This document shows positions 36,015 through 48,431 of a stretch of 64,000 nucleotides of DNA, one piece after another (positions within the stretch are counted from its first letter, which is position 1; every line of letters begins with the position of its first letter). The notes beneath the pieces were generated by a model. That model did no database searches. It was not told the DNA's origin and worked only from the letters and a program-made list of their open reading frames with translations. The position numbers were made by a program, and so were the translations under genes. Source of the stretch: Utricularia gibba. Taxonomy: Eukaryota; Plantae; Magnoliophyta. Location of the stretch: NCBI GenBank assembly GCA_002189035.1, contig NEEC01000002.1, positions 1,550,001-1,614,000 of the forward strand, written 5' to 3'.

Positions 36015-37178
36015 ATGGGGTGCTCTGCTTCTCGTTCTGCTGATTTTGTTGCTCACCAGCAAAACCCAAATTCCAACTCTTCTTCTTCCCGCTGCAATTC
36101 CCTGCTTCAGTCGCCTTATCACTCGCTATCGGAGCCTACTTCGACTCCCGCCTCGAGGGCTCAATCTCTGCCGACACCTTTAGTTCATCACCCGCCTTTA
36201 CGGAAAGGAGACTCTAACCACTTCGTTGCTCTCACTTCCACCACGTATGGGTCGCTTGTGCTCGTTGATCCGCCGAACCCATCTCTTGACTTCCAGGATT
36301 TTTCCACCCAGTCGGCCCAGGTAAGAGTTGAGGAGTCCGGGGATCCTTTATCCTTGAATTCAGTTATCAACACTTGGGAGCTCATGGATGGCCTTGATGA
36401 GGAAGAATTTACTTTCCAAATCATCGATTGCCCCACAGGAGGGGCTACCAAGATTCAGGCTGATGCTGATGTAGTGAACTCGTTTGAATTTGTTGATCAC
36501 CCAGTTTCCAAGCCTTTGTGGAAACATTTATCTGAAGAATCCTTTCTTGCTAAAATGGATAACAATGTAGTTTCTAGTTATCGAAAGGCGTTAATGAGAA
36601 AGAAAAATGGCTGTGAAAGCCCATTGCAAGTTTCTCCAACACAACAAAAGCTTGAGAATCTAGCTTCGGCAAATGATGTGTGCTCTATTAAGTCTGATGA
36701 TGGTGATGAATCCTGTTGCTTGTTGAGTTCTGATGATAGGATTGTGCTGTACTATACTAGTTTGAGGGGCATAAGGAAAACGTATGAAGATTGCTGTGCT
36801 GTTAGAGTGATTCTTCGAGGATTTAGAGTGTGTGTAGATGAGAAGGATATTTCCATGGATAGATCATACAGAATTGAGCTGCAGGAAGCTCTGAAAGGAA
36901 AAACTATGACCCTACCGCAGTTGTTTATTAGAGGGAAGTACATTGGTGGAGCAGAGGATATTAAGCAGCTAAACGAGACAGGGGAATTGGCCAAACTGCT
37001 TGAAGGCTATCCTCTTATTGATATAGGATTTGTATGTGCCATTTGTGGTGATGCACGGTTTGTTCCATGTCCGAACTGTAATGGGAGTCGAAAGGTTTAC
37101 GAACGAAAAGGAAAAATGAGGAGGTGCTCAGACTGCAATGAGAATGGATTGGTTCGATGCTCTAGTTGCTGCCCTTAA
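36015..37178 (+). CDS. Glutaredoxin-domain protein with C-terminal Cys-rich zinc-finger region (GRX-like class), single exon
   Basis: MGCSAS start; VALTSTTYGSL; INTWELMDGLDE; VLYYTSLRGIRKTYEDC..LPQLFIRGKYIGGAE..; CAICGDARFVPCPNCNGSRK..CSDCNENGLVRC. Confidence 0.93.
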   Translation: MGCSASRSADFVAHQQNPNSNSSSSRCNSLLQSPYHSLSEPTSTPASRAQSLPTPLVHHPPLRKGDSNHFVALTSTTYGSLVLVDPPNPSLDFQDFSTQSAQVRVEESGDPLSLNSVINTWELMDGLDEEEFTFQIIDCPTGGATKIQADADVVNSFEFVDHPVSKPLWKHLSEESFLAKMDNNVVSSYRKALMRKKNGCESPLQVSPTQQKLENLASANDVCSIKSDDGDESCCLLSSDDRIVLYYTSLRGIRKTYEDCCAVRVILRGFRVCVDEKDISMDRSYRIELQEALKGKTMTLPQLFIRGKYIGGAEDIKQLNETGELAKLLEGYPLIDIGFVCAICGDARFVPCPNCNGSRKVYERKGKMRRCSDCNENGLVRCSSCCP

Positions 37179-37716
37179 GCTCTGTCACTTGATCATCAAC
37201 AGGGAGAAGCATTGTCCGCATTTTCTTCCCCTTTAGATATGTGAATTCTCTCTATTCATATGATTTTTCTGAGATATCGGTTTCGGAACATCATCAACCT
37301 CAGATGAAAGAAACAGGAAATGTATGTGGGTGTTGTACATGATGCCTGTGCTCCTTTGTAAGTATTATTTGCTCTGTATGCTCATCGTTACATGTTTGAA
37401 ACAAATGGAAGCTTTCCTTGCTGAATTTTCGCTAGTTTTCCTCGCTCTTTTTTCGCTCCGTAGTGTAACAACAAGGAACACATAACAGGTACCCCCATGA
37501 ACTTCAACTCTCAGTAATTCTCTCCTCTAGACATTCTAGAGTAACTATAGAGTTACATGCATTTTGTAGCTGATTTCTATGTGTGCAGAAGGACAACTCC
37601 AAAGGGGAATGAGATAAATCATTATTCATATGAGAAAGTTTGGTTTTGGAATTACAATATCATGATTCCTTAACAGAGATCTCCATAAATCATCAGTGAA
37701 CACAAAGAAGGCAGTT

Positions 37717-39224
37717 TCATTCTCTATCTAGCAGCAGGTTGTTGATCATGAATGCTAAAGGAAGAGTTCCCTTTGACATGATTTCTAACCTGGATGTATT
37801 GGAGGCGTGTCTGAACAGTGAAAGTCCAAAGAGTATGAGCTCTGGGAGAAACAGCCTTGAGGACAAGAATCCATGCCAGTAACGGGGTTCCAAGTCAAAG
37901 AAAGCATCGAAGAACCTTCGTGTGCCTTGTAAGTCGAGTTTAAGAAGAACATCCATTCCGAAGCAGAAGAATTCGCGTTGTCGTCTCCGTTCGATCGGCC
38001 ACAAGTCCTTCCAAACTTGGGCAGATAACTCATCGCCCAGAACATCTCTATCAGAACCAAGGAACTTTACAATTGCATTAGCAACAACAGGGGCAGCTGC
38101 CAAAGTTCTTGAGACCATGTATCCAGTAGAAGGATGCACCATTCCTGCAGTTCCTCCTATTCCGATGACTCTCTGCGGTAGCAGGGGAAGAGGCCCTCCC
38201 ATAGGAATCACACAGTGTTCATCTTCTTCGATGCTTTTCACTTTTATCCCAAGTGATTCAGTCTAGCAACCATTCGTTCTTGGATATCCTTCATGGGTAC
38301 CCCAGGACGAGCTACAAGGGAAGTTTCTTCCAGAAATATTCTCTGAGAAGAAAAAGGCATAGCATACAGAAAAGTTGGGATCTTTCTATTGCTTTCCTTG
38401 AGCTCTCTGTTGTTGTTGAGATGTGAATCTCTCCAGTCCATGAAAACCATCTTGTTGGTATCAAAAGGGTGTTCCTCAACCTCAGCTAGGATCCCATAAG
38501 CAACTTGGTAGCCTGGATTGTATGGCTTGTTATACTGTACAAGACATCTGGAAAAGCCAGTGGCGTCAAGAACAACTGCGGCCTGAATTGTGACACCATC
38601 ATTGCATATCAGCAATGACTTGGATTCTTCATGAATTACTTTGACAACCTTCGCTTGATGAAACTTCACTCCATTTGTGATACATTTCTGCATCATTTTC
38701 GATTTCAGCTGCCTTCTGTTCACCCTCCCATACGGCCTATCTAGATGTTTAGTTGATTTATCATCAATGAAGACAACAGCACCAGACCAAGTTGTGTCCA
38801 AGCAATCTAACAAATCCATGGCCTCAAATTCATCCACCCAAACACCATAATTGTTCGGCCAAATTACCGAAGGCGAGGGATCAATGGAGCAAACCGAAAG
38901 CCCAGCTTCAGAAACCTGCTGTGCAACAGCAAGCCCCGCCGGACCACCGCCCACAACAGCTAAATCAACAACAACCCCCTTTGAAGGATCGAACATTGGG
39001 AGCCCAAAATCAAGATTTTCCTTCTTAGTTTCAGGGACAAGCTCCAAAAGGGCTCTCGAACTCGCTTTCTGAGACAAGGCTCTGTTGATTCCATTTCTCA
39101 GGAACCTCTTGGAATGAAGCCTAGACGACTTAAAATGGCTAAAGGCACTAACTTTGTCAGCAAGAACACTAACAGTGTGCAGAATCTCAAGCTTAGTATG
39201 TGCGTTGAGAAGAAAAGTATCCAT
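37717..39224 (-). CDS. LCYB: Lycopene beta-cyclase (chloroplast type), interrupted by a 1-bp frameshift at 38248-38250
   Basis: VDLAVVGGGPAGLAVAQQVS, WPNNYGVWVDEF, FLEETSLVARPG, EEDEHCVIPMGGPLP, MVHPSTGYMV. ORF 39224-38244 stops at RLNHLG*; adding one G restores RLNHLGIKVKSIEED. Confidence 0.96.
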
Positions 39225-40149
39225 AACTCTTTGGGAGAATTATCCGATAACCTCCCTTAAAGAGAGCACAGATCAAACACAGAAAAAAAGCACAAATTCG
39301 ATTCGACGACCACCACGCCCAAAACTTTCGCCTACCCAGAACCAGCAGCAGATTCCGTTACCTGACAGAAGAAGACTGTTGCCTACAAGAACCTGAAGCA
39401 GCCATTAAAAATGCTTCCCGACCGCGAATACACTTCAGACAAGGCATGTGGTAGTGGTGGTGGATATAGATTGTAACTACGGGCTCTTTTTGTAATCCTT
39501 TCGTTTTTTGCCTTTTTTTTTTATATAAAAAAAGCATTTATTAATATAAAAAAGTAAATATGAATATTTTATCGCAGTATGATTTTGAAAATTAACTATC
39601 CTACTATCAAAAAAACATATTGACTCTATGTAGCCCCTTTACCAATTTTTCAATGACTTTTAATGGAACATAAATTGTGCATAGTCAAAAAAATTTTACG
39701 AGTTTGACGGATTTGGTAAACGTAAAATTTGAATTCACAAACATTTTAGCAATGTTTAGAAGTACATAGAATCAATTCTATTATGATAGATGAATTAATT
39801 TATCTAAAAATTTGATTACAAATTTTCACAGAATCGCATAAATAGGGCGATATTCCCGATTGCACTTATAATCCAAAAATCGGCCCCCATATCAGATATA
39901 GATTTTCACACTAAACAAAATTTAAATTTTTGTATAGTATATAATATTTTTATGTTGGCTGACAATATATATTCCTACAACTCATAAGAGAATATATGGT
40001 TCGAAACCCAGATTTCCAACGAGGGAGGGGACTAAAAGCAATCCACACAGACACATGCACCTTTATTCTTCAACACGGGAGTAGAGATACAAGCAGCAGC
40101 ATCGTCTCTGATGCAGAGATCCAGCACACCAGAAACCAGACTCGGGGAG

Positions 40150-40502
40150 CTAGAAGCAGCAGCACTCTTCACACAGCCAGCAGCAGCACAGAGCAAACAG
40201 GCTGCAACAACACAGAAAATACCAGTCATGCTAAAACCTTGACACCAGGGAGATCAGATAAATCCATCTTTACCATCCCTCAATGAATCCCCTTTCTCCT
40301 CTGGGCTTGGATTTAGCCCAGACCCTCTTCTGCTTCTTCTTCGCTGCTGCTGTTGATGCCTTTTCCGGTTCCGGTTCCCCAGTTGGGTACCCTGAAAGGT
40401 GAAAATCAATCCAGAATCGAGGATAAGGTTCAAGATTCGATTGCAGTGAGGCAGGTGATCGATGGTACCTGGCGGAGGCTGATTTGCTTCGAGACTTTGC
40501 AT
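40150..40502 (-). CDS. CYSTM cysteine-rich transmembrane module peptide (67 aa), 3 exons
   Basis: Exons 40502-40469, 40391-40274 and 40201-40150 with GT-AG introns and matching phases give MQSLEANQPPPGYPTGEPEPEKASTAAAKKKQKRVWAKSKPRGERGFIEGCLFALCCCWLCEECCCF*. Absent from the ORF track. Confidence 0.93.
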
Positions 40503-41661
40503 TTCTTCTTGGAGAAGGAGGTGACTGCTGCAGGCGATCACCAGGGGAGTTGCTCGCTCAAGGTATATGCCTGGTGTGCAGTCAGCAGTGTGATATATAG
40601 GCAAACCGACACGGTGGTAATAATATTACGCGGCATGGACTTTGTAGAAGATTCGGAAGATTTATGTGTTCATACACAAAATAAAGAATCTATAAAGAAA
40701 TTTCAGATTCTTCTTTTTAGTTTTTTTTTTTTTACTTTTTAGTGGGAAATCCCTCTCAATAATGCACAGGACATCATTTTTTTTCAATTTTAAAAATTAT
40801 TTTGCATATCTTAACATGACCATCAAGGGTAGTAATAGATTATAATATAGTATTAGATAACAAGAATTTCAATGAATAATTAGGTTTTGATGAGTAATTA
40901 TATGACATATATTTTAAATTGAAGATTCCATGGGTATACTTTTGAGCATCCTTTGGCAATGTTAGAATTTCATAAAAATTTTAGATTTCAGATTTGAGTC
41001 AAATTTTGAAATTTCAAAAAAATGAATACTTAATTTTGGGAATATTTCATTTGAAAAAAAAAATTGAAACATTATAATATGTAGTCTTGTTGTCAATTCT
41101 CCACACCCCCACCCTCCCCCAAAAAGCTAAACAAGGATAAAAAAGGATGATGCTCCATGTTTGCTATTTATTCCCTCTCTTGATTTCTTTTAAAATACAT
41201 TTATTCATAGTTTAGAAATTTAGGGCTATATTTTAGATTATTTAGTTATATGTTGTTTGAAAATTAAGCTATTTTTTGCATATACCATGAAAATGAATTT
41301 TTGAAAAATAAAATGAGTTGATGCTACGTAACATTAAAAACAGGTTATAAAATAATAAATAGGTTATATTAGAGAATAAAAGATTTATCTATAAGATTAT
41401 ATGAATCATATTTTACTTATTTTTTATATTTAAATTAAATTATTTTATAGCATAACTTAATTATTAATTTCTTTTACTTAGGCCATTATATACAAATCTT
41501 GTTTCCATTAATTTAATAGGACAAAAATAGAATCATTAATTGTTATTAAAATCATTAATTTTACACTTTACGCGTTACAGGAAAGGATTAAGCATCATAA
41601 TTCGTAAATTTTCTTATTTTTTTTTACGTGAAACTCCCCAGCATTTGAAGTACATACATAC

Positions 41662-42248
41662 TCAGATTTGAAGTTCCATCATACGACAGAAGTCGTCGAA
41701 GCAGACAAACCCCTCGCATTTTCTGGCGACGGTTCCAATCATGCGCCGGCAATCCTCTAAGGTGCACCGCGAATCGCCGCCTAGGGTTTTGAAGACTCCG
41801 TACAACTCCTCCGCGGTAATGCGGCCATCCCCATCGGAATCAAAGAAATCAAAAGCGCATCTTACCTCACCATCGCACGTCGGCGGCGCGAACGCCTCCC
41901 GATCAACTGGAACTCCTCCAGAGTTATACACCCGTCGCCGTCGGCATCCACCTCGCTCAGCATCAGATCCATCTCCTCCGCGCTCACCTTCTCACCTCCG
42001 ATGCGGCGGAGCATATCCCCGAGCTCCTCCTTACGGATCTTACCGTCGCAATCGACGTCCAGCATCTGGAAAACGCGTTTCACATCGAAGCTCAGGCCGC
42101 CGCTCCAGTGACCCGTAGGGATGACGCTCGTCGGCGTGGAGACGCTTTCCTCGGAGGAGGCGGAGCAGGAGGAGTACTGCGAGGTTAGCGACGCCGATTT
42201 CTTCTTAGATCTGAAGATCTTGGCGGTGAAAATTTCGGTGAGCTTCAT
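41662..42248 (-). CDS. Calmodulin-like EF-hand protein (CML35/36-like), interrupted by a 1-bp frameshift at 41898-41900
   Basis: EF loops DVDCDGKIRKEE, DADGDGCITLEE, DSDGDGRITAEE; C-terminus CTLEDCRRMI..GFVCFDDFCRMME. One extra G restores ..FQLIGEAFAP... Likely ATG 42248; TATA-like sequence at about 42301-42310. Confidence 0.92.
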
Positions 42249-43176
42249 ATTTGGGAGCGGAGCTGGCCGATGGGTGGAAGGAGCAAGCAAGAAACGGAGC
42301 ATTTATATATAAATGGCAGAAGCTTCGCAAAGAGCATTTTGAGTAAATAAAAGGGGATTTTTTCCAACACTATTCCAATATATTTCAACAACAGTTAATT
42401 CGGTAACAAGTTGACACACACACATTTTAACCCTAGCCTTAGAATAGGGTAATAAACCACCATTTTAAAAATCATAGGTATCAAGCTTAGTCTAATTTTA
42501 CAATAATGATTAAATTCAAATTTATGATAAAAAATTTACATCCCAAACAAAAAAACTAATGAGATTCTATATTTTAAAATATAAGAAATTATAAATCATT
42601 AAAGTTAACGATTTTATGATTTGAATAATTCAATCATGATTCAAACCAATGATTGAAACTTCATTTTTTAAAATAAAAATAAAATTCAAACCATTAAATT
42701 ATAATTTATTTGTTATATTTTAAAACATTGAAGCATAGGGTGCCCTCCTTGTGTAATTTTGGAAGTTGAGAGCAAGTTGCTACAGTTACTATGCAGTAAA
42801 AACTTGAACATGGTTGTCAAAGTATCTTTTTTACCCTGAAATGGTTTTAAGTGCGTAGGCGGGCTACATGCAAGTGACCCCAAGAAGATCGGGTGAAAAT
42901 GATGGTTGATTTGGTTTGCGCGGGCCCACCTTCTTCCAAATCTTTTTTAATTTTTTGGTTTGTTTAAAAAGTCATAATATATATTATTTGATAATTATTA
43001 TATTTTAGATCATATTTATTTCTGAAAAAACTAGAAGCTTGATTAAAAAACTTGCAATTAAATTTACTGCCATTTTGTTTTACGTGTGTTTTAACCTTGG
43101 CGCCACTTCCCGCCGCGAATTTTGTTTGATAAGGGAGGTCGGCAATCTTGGGTTCTACTCATTGCTCCGTTACTCT

Positions 43177-46100
43177 ATGGCGGTTTCACGGGTTCGATCA
43201 TCGACTCCGATACCGATCGGTGCGTTGAAGTTACGTCCGCTACCAAGTTTTCTGCGCTTCTCACTAGTTCGTTTGATTTCTCTGCAGGGAATTGCCAGGT
43301 TCTCGTGGATGCCGAGAGTTTCACTTCTCATGTGGATAAGGCTAGTTTGGATATCTCCGTCGCTAATAATGCTAAAATAAGGATTTCGGGTGCGCTTCTG
43401 GCAACGATTGTTATGGGGTTTCTTTATTTTTTATTTTTGTTTTGTAAAGAGACATTTCTGTGTTCCTGTGGCAGTAATGGATAAAGGACATGGAAATGGT
43501 GGTTTGGGGAATGAAGAGGGTGCCAAGAATGGTATAAAAGATCATTCTTTTTGTTTTATTTTTCTTGAAGAATATTATGATACGTTAATGTTTGCTGTGG
43601 TTTGTAGGCGAGCACTGCTTTTTGGTAGCGAATCCCAAAAAATGTGATGAACAAACCAAGTCTTTTCTTAAGGTTTTCACTTGCTCGATGCTGTTCTGTA
43701 ATCAGCATTTACAGAATGTTGAAATAGTTTATCCTACTTATGACCGCAGGATGCATTGTCTCTTTATACTAGAGAGCTTCCAACAATGAATTACGATGCT
43801 AATACTGGAAAGGCATCGGCTTTCCTTGAAAGATGTGTTACGCATGGGTAGAATTATGTTATCATCTTCCTTTTCTGCATCTTCTTCCAAAACGCATGAT
43901 AGCATACGGCAGTTTTTTCTTCAGCTGCATTGATGTTCAGAGTATTTTCCACACTAAAGCTAATATAATACTTTTTTGCCTCTTCCAAGGAAATATTGCA
44001 CGTTACTTTTGATATCTATCAAGGAACAGCAGCGTAAAGAGGTAATAAGCATGTCTTATATATTGTGCATGTTTGGTGCTAATCTGATCGCTTTTTTGAA
44101 ATCTTTGTTCATTCAATAGGTGATTGCAGCAGTTACTTATCAGATCATTCCTGCAGATACACAGTATGCTGAGATTCCTCTTGCGGCTGTTACATCAATT
44201 CTTCAACGAAAGGTTTTCTTTTTTTTTTTTCGTGCTTATTTAAAAAAAACTATTTTCAATCATAGAAAGTTCTCTAACAAGCATTGGGCTTGGACGAAAG
44301 AATGCTCTTGCACCTTATATTATTTTTAATAATGGCATTCCACTTGTGCTGTTTTTGGATGAATTCGTGCATATACCTTGTTGGACACTTTGTTTGTAGG
44401 GCTTTTCTTTTTTCTCAAAATATAATGTCTGCCTTTTCAGACAGCCGCACGCTTGCTGTTTGTGTAATTTTCTTTTACATGATATTGACAGGGAATAGGC
44501 AGTTTGCTATACCTGGAGTTGAAGAAAAGATTGTGGAAGGTTGGTGTCCGCAGCATTTTTTGTTGGGGAGACGAAGAGTCCAAAGGATTCTGGCATAAAC
44601 TGGTATTTTTTTTTTTTTTTGTAGATTATGTAAAATCATACCAAACACTCTGTTTTTATCATGCTCCACTCCTGATGGATTTAAACTTTTCAAAGATGCA
44701 AATCACGTACCTATTTTATATAAAAGTGATGAAGATTGTAAATTTTGCTTTTGGAAGAATATAATACGCACTTCATCTAGGGGTTTTCTGTTATTGGGGA
44801 GGTGGATGCAAAGGGAAGAGCTCGCAGACTCCCAGTCAATGCTGGTGTTAGAAAAGCATTATGCTTTCCTGGCGGCTCAACATTGATGGTGGCTCATCTT
44901 AATGATTGCTCATTTGATTATGTGGAGCTTCCTGTTTCTTCAACCACATATCCTTTGAAGGAGTATGCAAACAATGAGCTAAGATTTTCAGAGCAGAGTC
45001 ATAAACCTTTCCTAGAAGATAACTGGACTTCTGATGGTATGTCCATTGTGTTTGCTTCCGCACCTATCTTGCGTTGAGCATGCATCATACGCTATCACAG
45101 TCCTCTTTTCATGGCATTTTAATGCATTCTTGTAACAAAGGCACTACTCATTTAATGGTGTGCTTCGATTTATCATTTTGTGATTCAAGTTTTCAGCATC
45201 GTGGAACCACCGTCTCATCATCTGACCTTTCAAATTATTCAATGACAGGATGCCAGGGATTGGAACAGTTGCACACGATCAGGTCCACCGATGTGAATAT
45301 TTCATCTGGGGCAGGGGAAGCTATAGGTCAGGATAAAAAAGATTCAGATTCATGCTCTTGTTCAGTGCTGGGGACTAAGAGAAGAAATTGGGAAACCTCA
45401 TGCACATCTTTGATGTCAAAGAAAGTGAAGAGTACTGATTCAAATGATTGCGGTAATGGTGCTCGGTGTGCTGTTTGGGCTAGCAACAGGAGGATTATTG
45501 CTCATCCAGGCCAGCATGAAGAAAAAATGAATGCAGAGAACCTACTCTATCAAATAAGGTCTCCTTTCAAGAAATCCCACCCATAACAGATTTTTATAGA
45601 ATCATGCTGATGGACATCGCTGATGGAGATAAAAAGTCATTTCTTACCAAGGTACACCCACTCCATGTAATGGTAAACTTTACTTTCTCTTAAATGTCAA
45701 CTTGGAAGCATCTAACGTGCTGCGTGTATGATGGTAATGCTTCAATCCATGTTTTCACCCAATTTGGCTGATACAGGTAATTGGGGATCTTGGTGGGGCA
45801 GTTGTTCCTGATGGAAATACATGCACCCATGTTGTATCGGGTAAAGTTCGGCGGACATTGAACTTTTGCACTGCCCTTTGTTCAGGGTATGTTTTTTCAG
45901 TTATGGTTCTTTTAATATTTCAAGTTTCCAAGTGCTTACAAGTGTGATTGTGTCGAATGCTATTTAGTAAGAATCTATGAGATTCGTGCAGAAGAACGAA
46001 ATATATGACTAGCAATCATTCTTAGTATTTTGTATCTGCATCATGTTCGTTTTAGGTACATTGCAAATTTCACATTCACTCATAATTTTTTTTATGTGCT

Positions 46101-46772
46101 GAAAATGTCACCGACACGCAAAAAACAGGGCTTGGGTTGTATCTTCAGCATGGTTGAAAGAAAGCTTCAGAAACGGCAGATTTGTTGGTGCCATATGCAA
46201 CCCTTCCCTTCCACTTTTCTTTTCTGTCTTCCATCTTCCAAGTAATTTTATGCTCTTTGTAGACGAAAAACCTTTCATTTTGAAAGATGAGGAATACGTC
46301 TCCACATACAGAACAGAGCTGCGGGATGCAGTTTTTAGAGCAAGGACAAGCCCCAACTCACTGCTCAAAGGGCTTGAATTGTGTTTGGCACCTCATGTCC
46401 AGCCTTCTGCTAGGACATTGGCAGCCATGGTCTCGTCAGCCGGTGGAAATGTAAGAACTGAAAAACATTCCATGTTCATTACCTAAACCATTTTCAAAAG
46501 CTCAGTCAAGTTGATTGTTTGATGGTTTTCTGTTAAACAATCTGTTGTTAAGGTTGTTCATTACATTTACCATCTTACTGCAGGTCATCAGTACCATAAA
46601 AGAAGCAAGGGATGCATCAAAAACAATCTTCATAGCGTGTGAAGAAGACATGGATGAAGCCACATCAGCTGTGAAAATTGGGATCCTAACATTCAGCAGC
46701 GACTGGCTGATGAACTGTGTCATGAGGCAGGAACTTGATCTTGCTGCCCCTCAGTTCGCTGAATCTCTTTAG
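43177..46772 (+). CDS. GNAT N-acetyltransferase + tandem BRCT domain protein, multi-exon
   Basis: MAVSRVRSSTPIPIG|NCQVLVDA..; IAAVTYQIIPADTQYAEIPLAAV; IFCWGDEESKGFWHK; ALCFPGGSTLMV; RIMLMDIAD..HVVSGKVRRTLNFCTALC; FSSDWLMNCVMRQELDL..QFAESL*. A frame break near 45520-45590 needs either one extra base or a 137-nt intron. Confidence 0.88.
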
Positions 46773-47309
46773 CCGATTCTAAGGCCAGTTTCTGCTCATC
46801 CAAAGGCAATCTCAGCCATCCTGCTCTGCAAGTAAATATATCATCATCAGATGTAGAAACAGCCATGCATGACTTCTTGCATATATGAAGCATGACATGG
46901 CCTTCGTTACTGTGTTTTCTGGTTCTAAATTGCATAACTACAATTAATTTAAAACACTTGAACACAGTCCCAACAGCTCCATCACTTTCTTCTCAAATGT
47001 AAGATGTACAACAGACGCATATGTACAGGAAATTTCAATAGCTGGATCACCTGCTTCTACACTACTAGTAACCACTCCATGCAGAAAATGGAGCTCAGCA
47101 TCTATTATTCGTTTCCACAGACTTCAACCAACATAAAAACCGGGTAGGTAACCTTGTGTCAACAAAGCCAACAGAGGCTCCAAAATTTTTCTAGAGAACA
47201 GGTAGGAAGGAGGAAGCTATTGCAGGAACTCCATTCTGGCTCGAGCCCTCATGAAATGAATAGAATGAATGAAATGATAAAATGCTTCACTGTGTGGAAC
47301 TTGTCTGTA

Positions 47310-48431
47310 TCAGACTCTTTGATGGGTTCGTTTGTCTGCTGAATGGAGTTGTCCCCAGTATGGTCCTCTGTGGTGATGTCGTCGGGGAAAGCGATTACCA
47401 CTGCGCTGGTTTCTTCGCATCACTCCTTCGGCAGCTATCCTGTTATCAGTACTTGCTGGTTCTTGCTCGTAGTTCCAAACAACATCCTCGTTCAAGTCTC
47501 CTACTGGAGTTTGCCCCAATGGATCTCCACGAGTATTGTTACCGCCAGAGGGGCCTTTAAGGTTCTCATCATCTTCTTGGTCACTCCAGCTGGAGTAGGC
47601 TACGGTTGGAAGTAGGCTGTCACCGAAGATGATAACTGGCTCATGGTGTTCATCAGCACTGGAAGGCGTGTCTTTGAACTCAGACTCATCAAGATTGAGC
47701 TCAGAATCCCAAGTGATCTCGTCAATGTACAAATTGGGATCTGGCAACGATGTTTCACAAGAGAGACCATTTAGTTCAGCCCAGAAACGCTCCTTGGCAT
47801 TAAAAAAGGCCTCTTTTCCTGCAGAGTCATCCCAATTTAGCACATTTGGGTAAAGATGGACGAACTTTTTCATCTGCAGAAGTGTTTCCCACTCGATCGA
47901 GCCAACTACTCTGCAGAATTGTTTCTCCCATGATGGAACCGCTGGCTGCCATCTAGCTGCAGAAAGCAGCAGGAAGGGAGAATGAGATCCTAAATACAAT
48001 AACTCCTCAATAAGTTCAAACCCTGCAATACACCCTTGCTTTTCTACTTCAAGATCTCAAAAATCAAATGCAATGAACCATCAGAAAAGCCCTCAGACAA
48101 AAGGATCATCATCACGCTTCATTTGTGCCCAAAACAACAAATTTCAGATATATCAATCATCAATAGTTCCGAATCATGTCTAACATGCATAATTGGCCAT
48201 GAATTCAGAAGATTTTTCCAATTCATACAAGAATTACAGACATGATCATCCTTCTCTCCACTTTGCAACCACGCTAATGAGAAAGAAAAAAACAGCACCC
48301 CCCTGGAGTCATTCAGCGAGGAAAACAAAAGAAATTGATTTCACATAAAGAACCGCCCACGTACCACGAGGGGGCCTTCCTCTTGACGGCCTTGTGAATT
48401 TTTCCCATTTGGACCTCCGCCGTTCCTCCAT
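47310..48431 (-). CDS. Conserved plant protein of unknown function, 2 coding exons
   Basis: Exon 1 48431-48365 (MEERRRSKW..RPPR) and exon 2 47956-47310 join in phase 1. Conserved block WQPAVPSWEKQFC..WDDSAGKEAFFNAKERFWA..LPDPNLYIDEITW. Confidence 0.82.
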
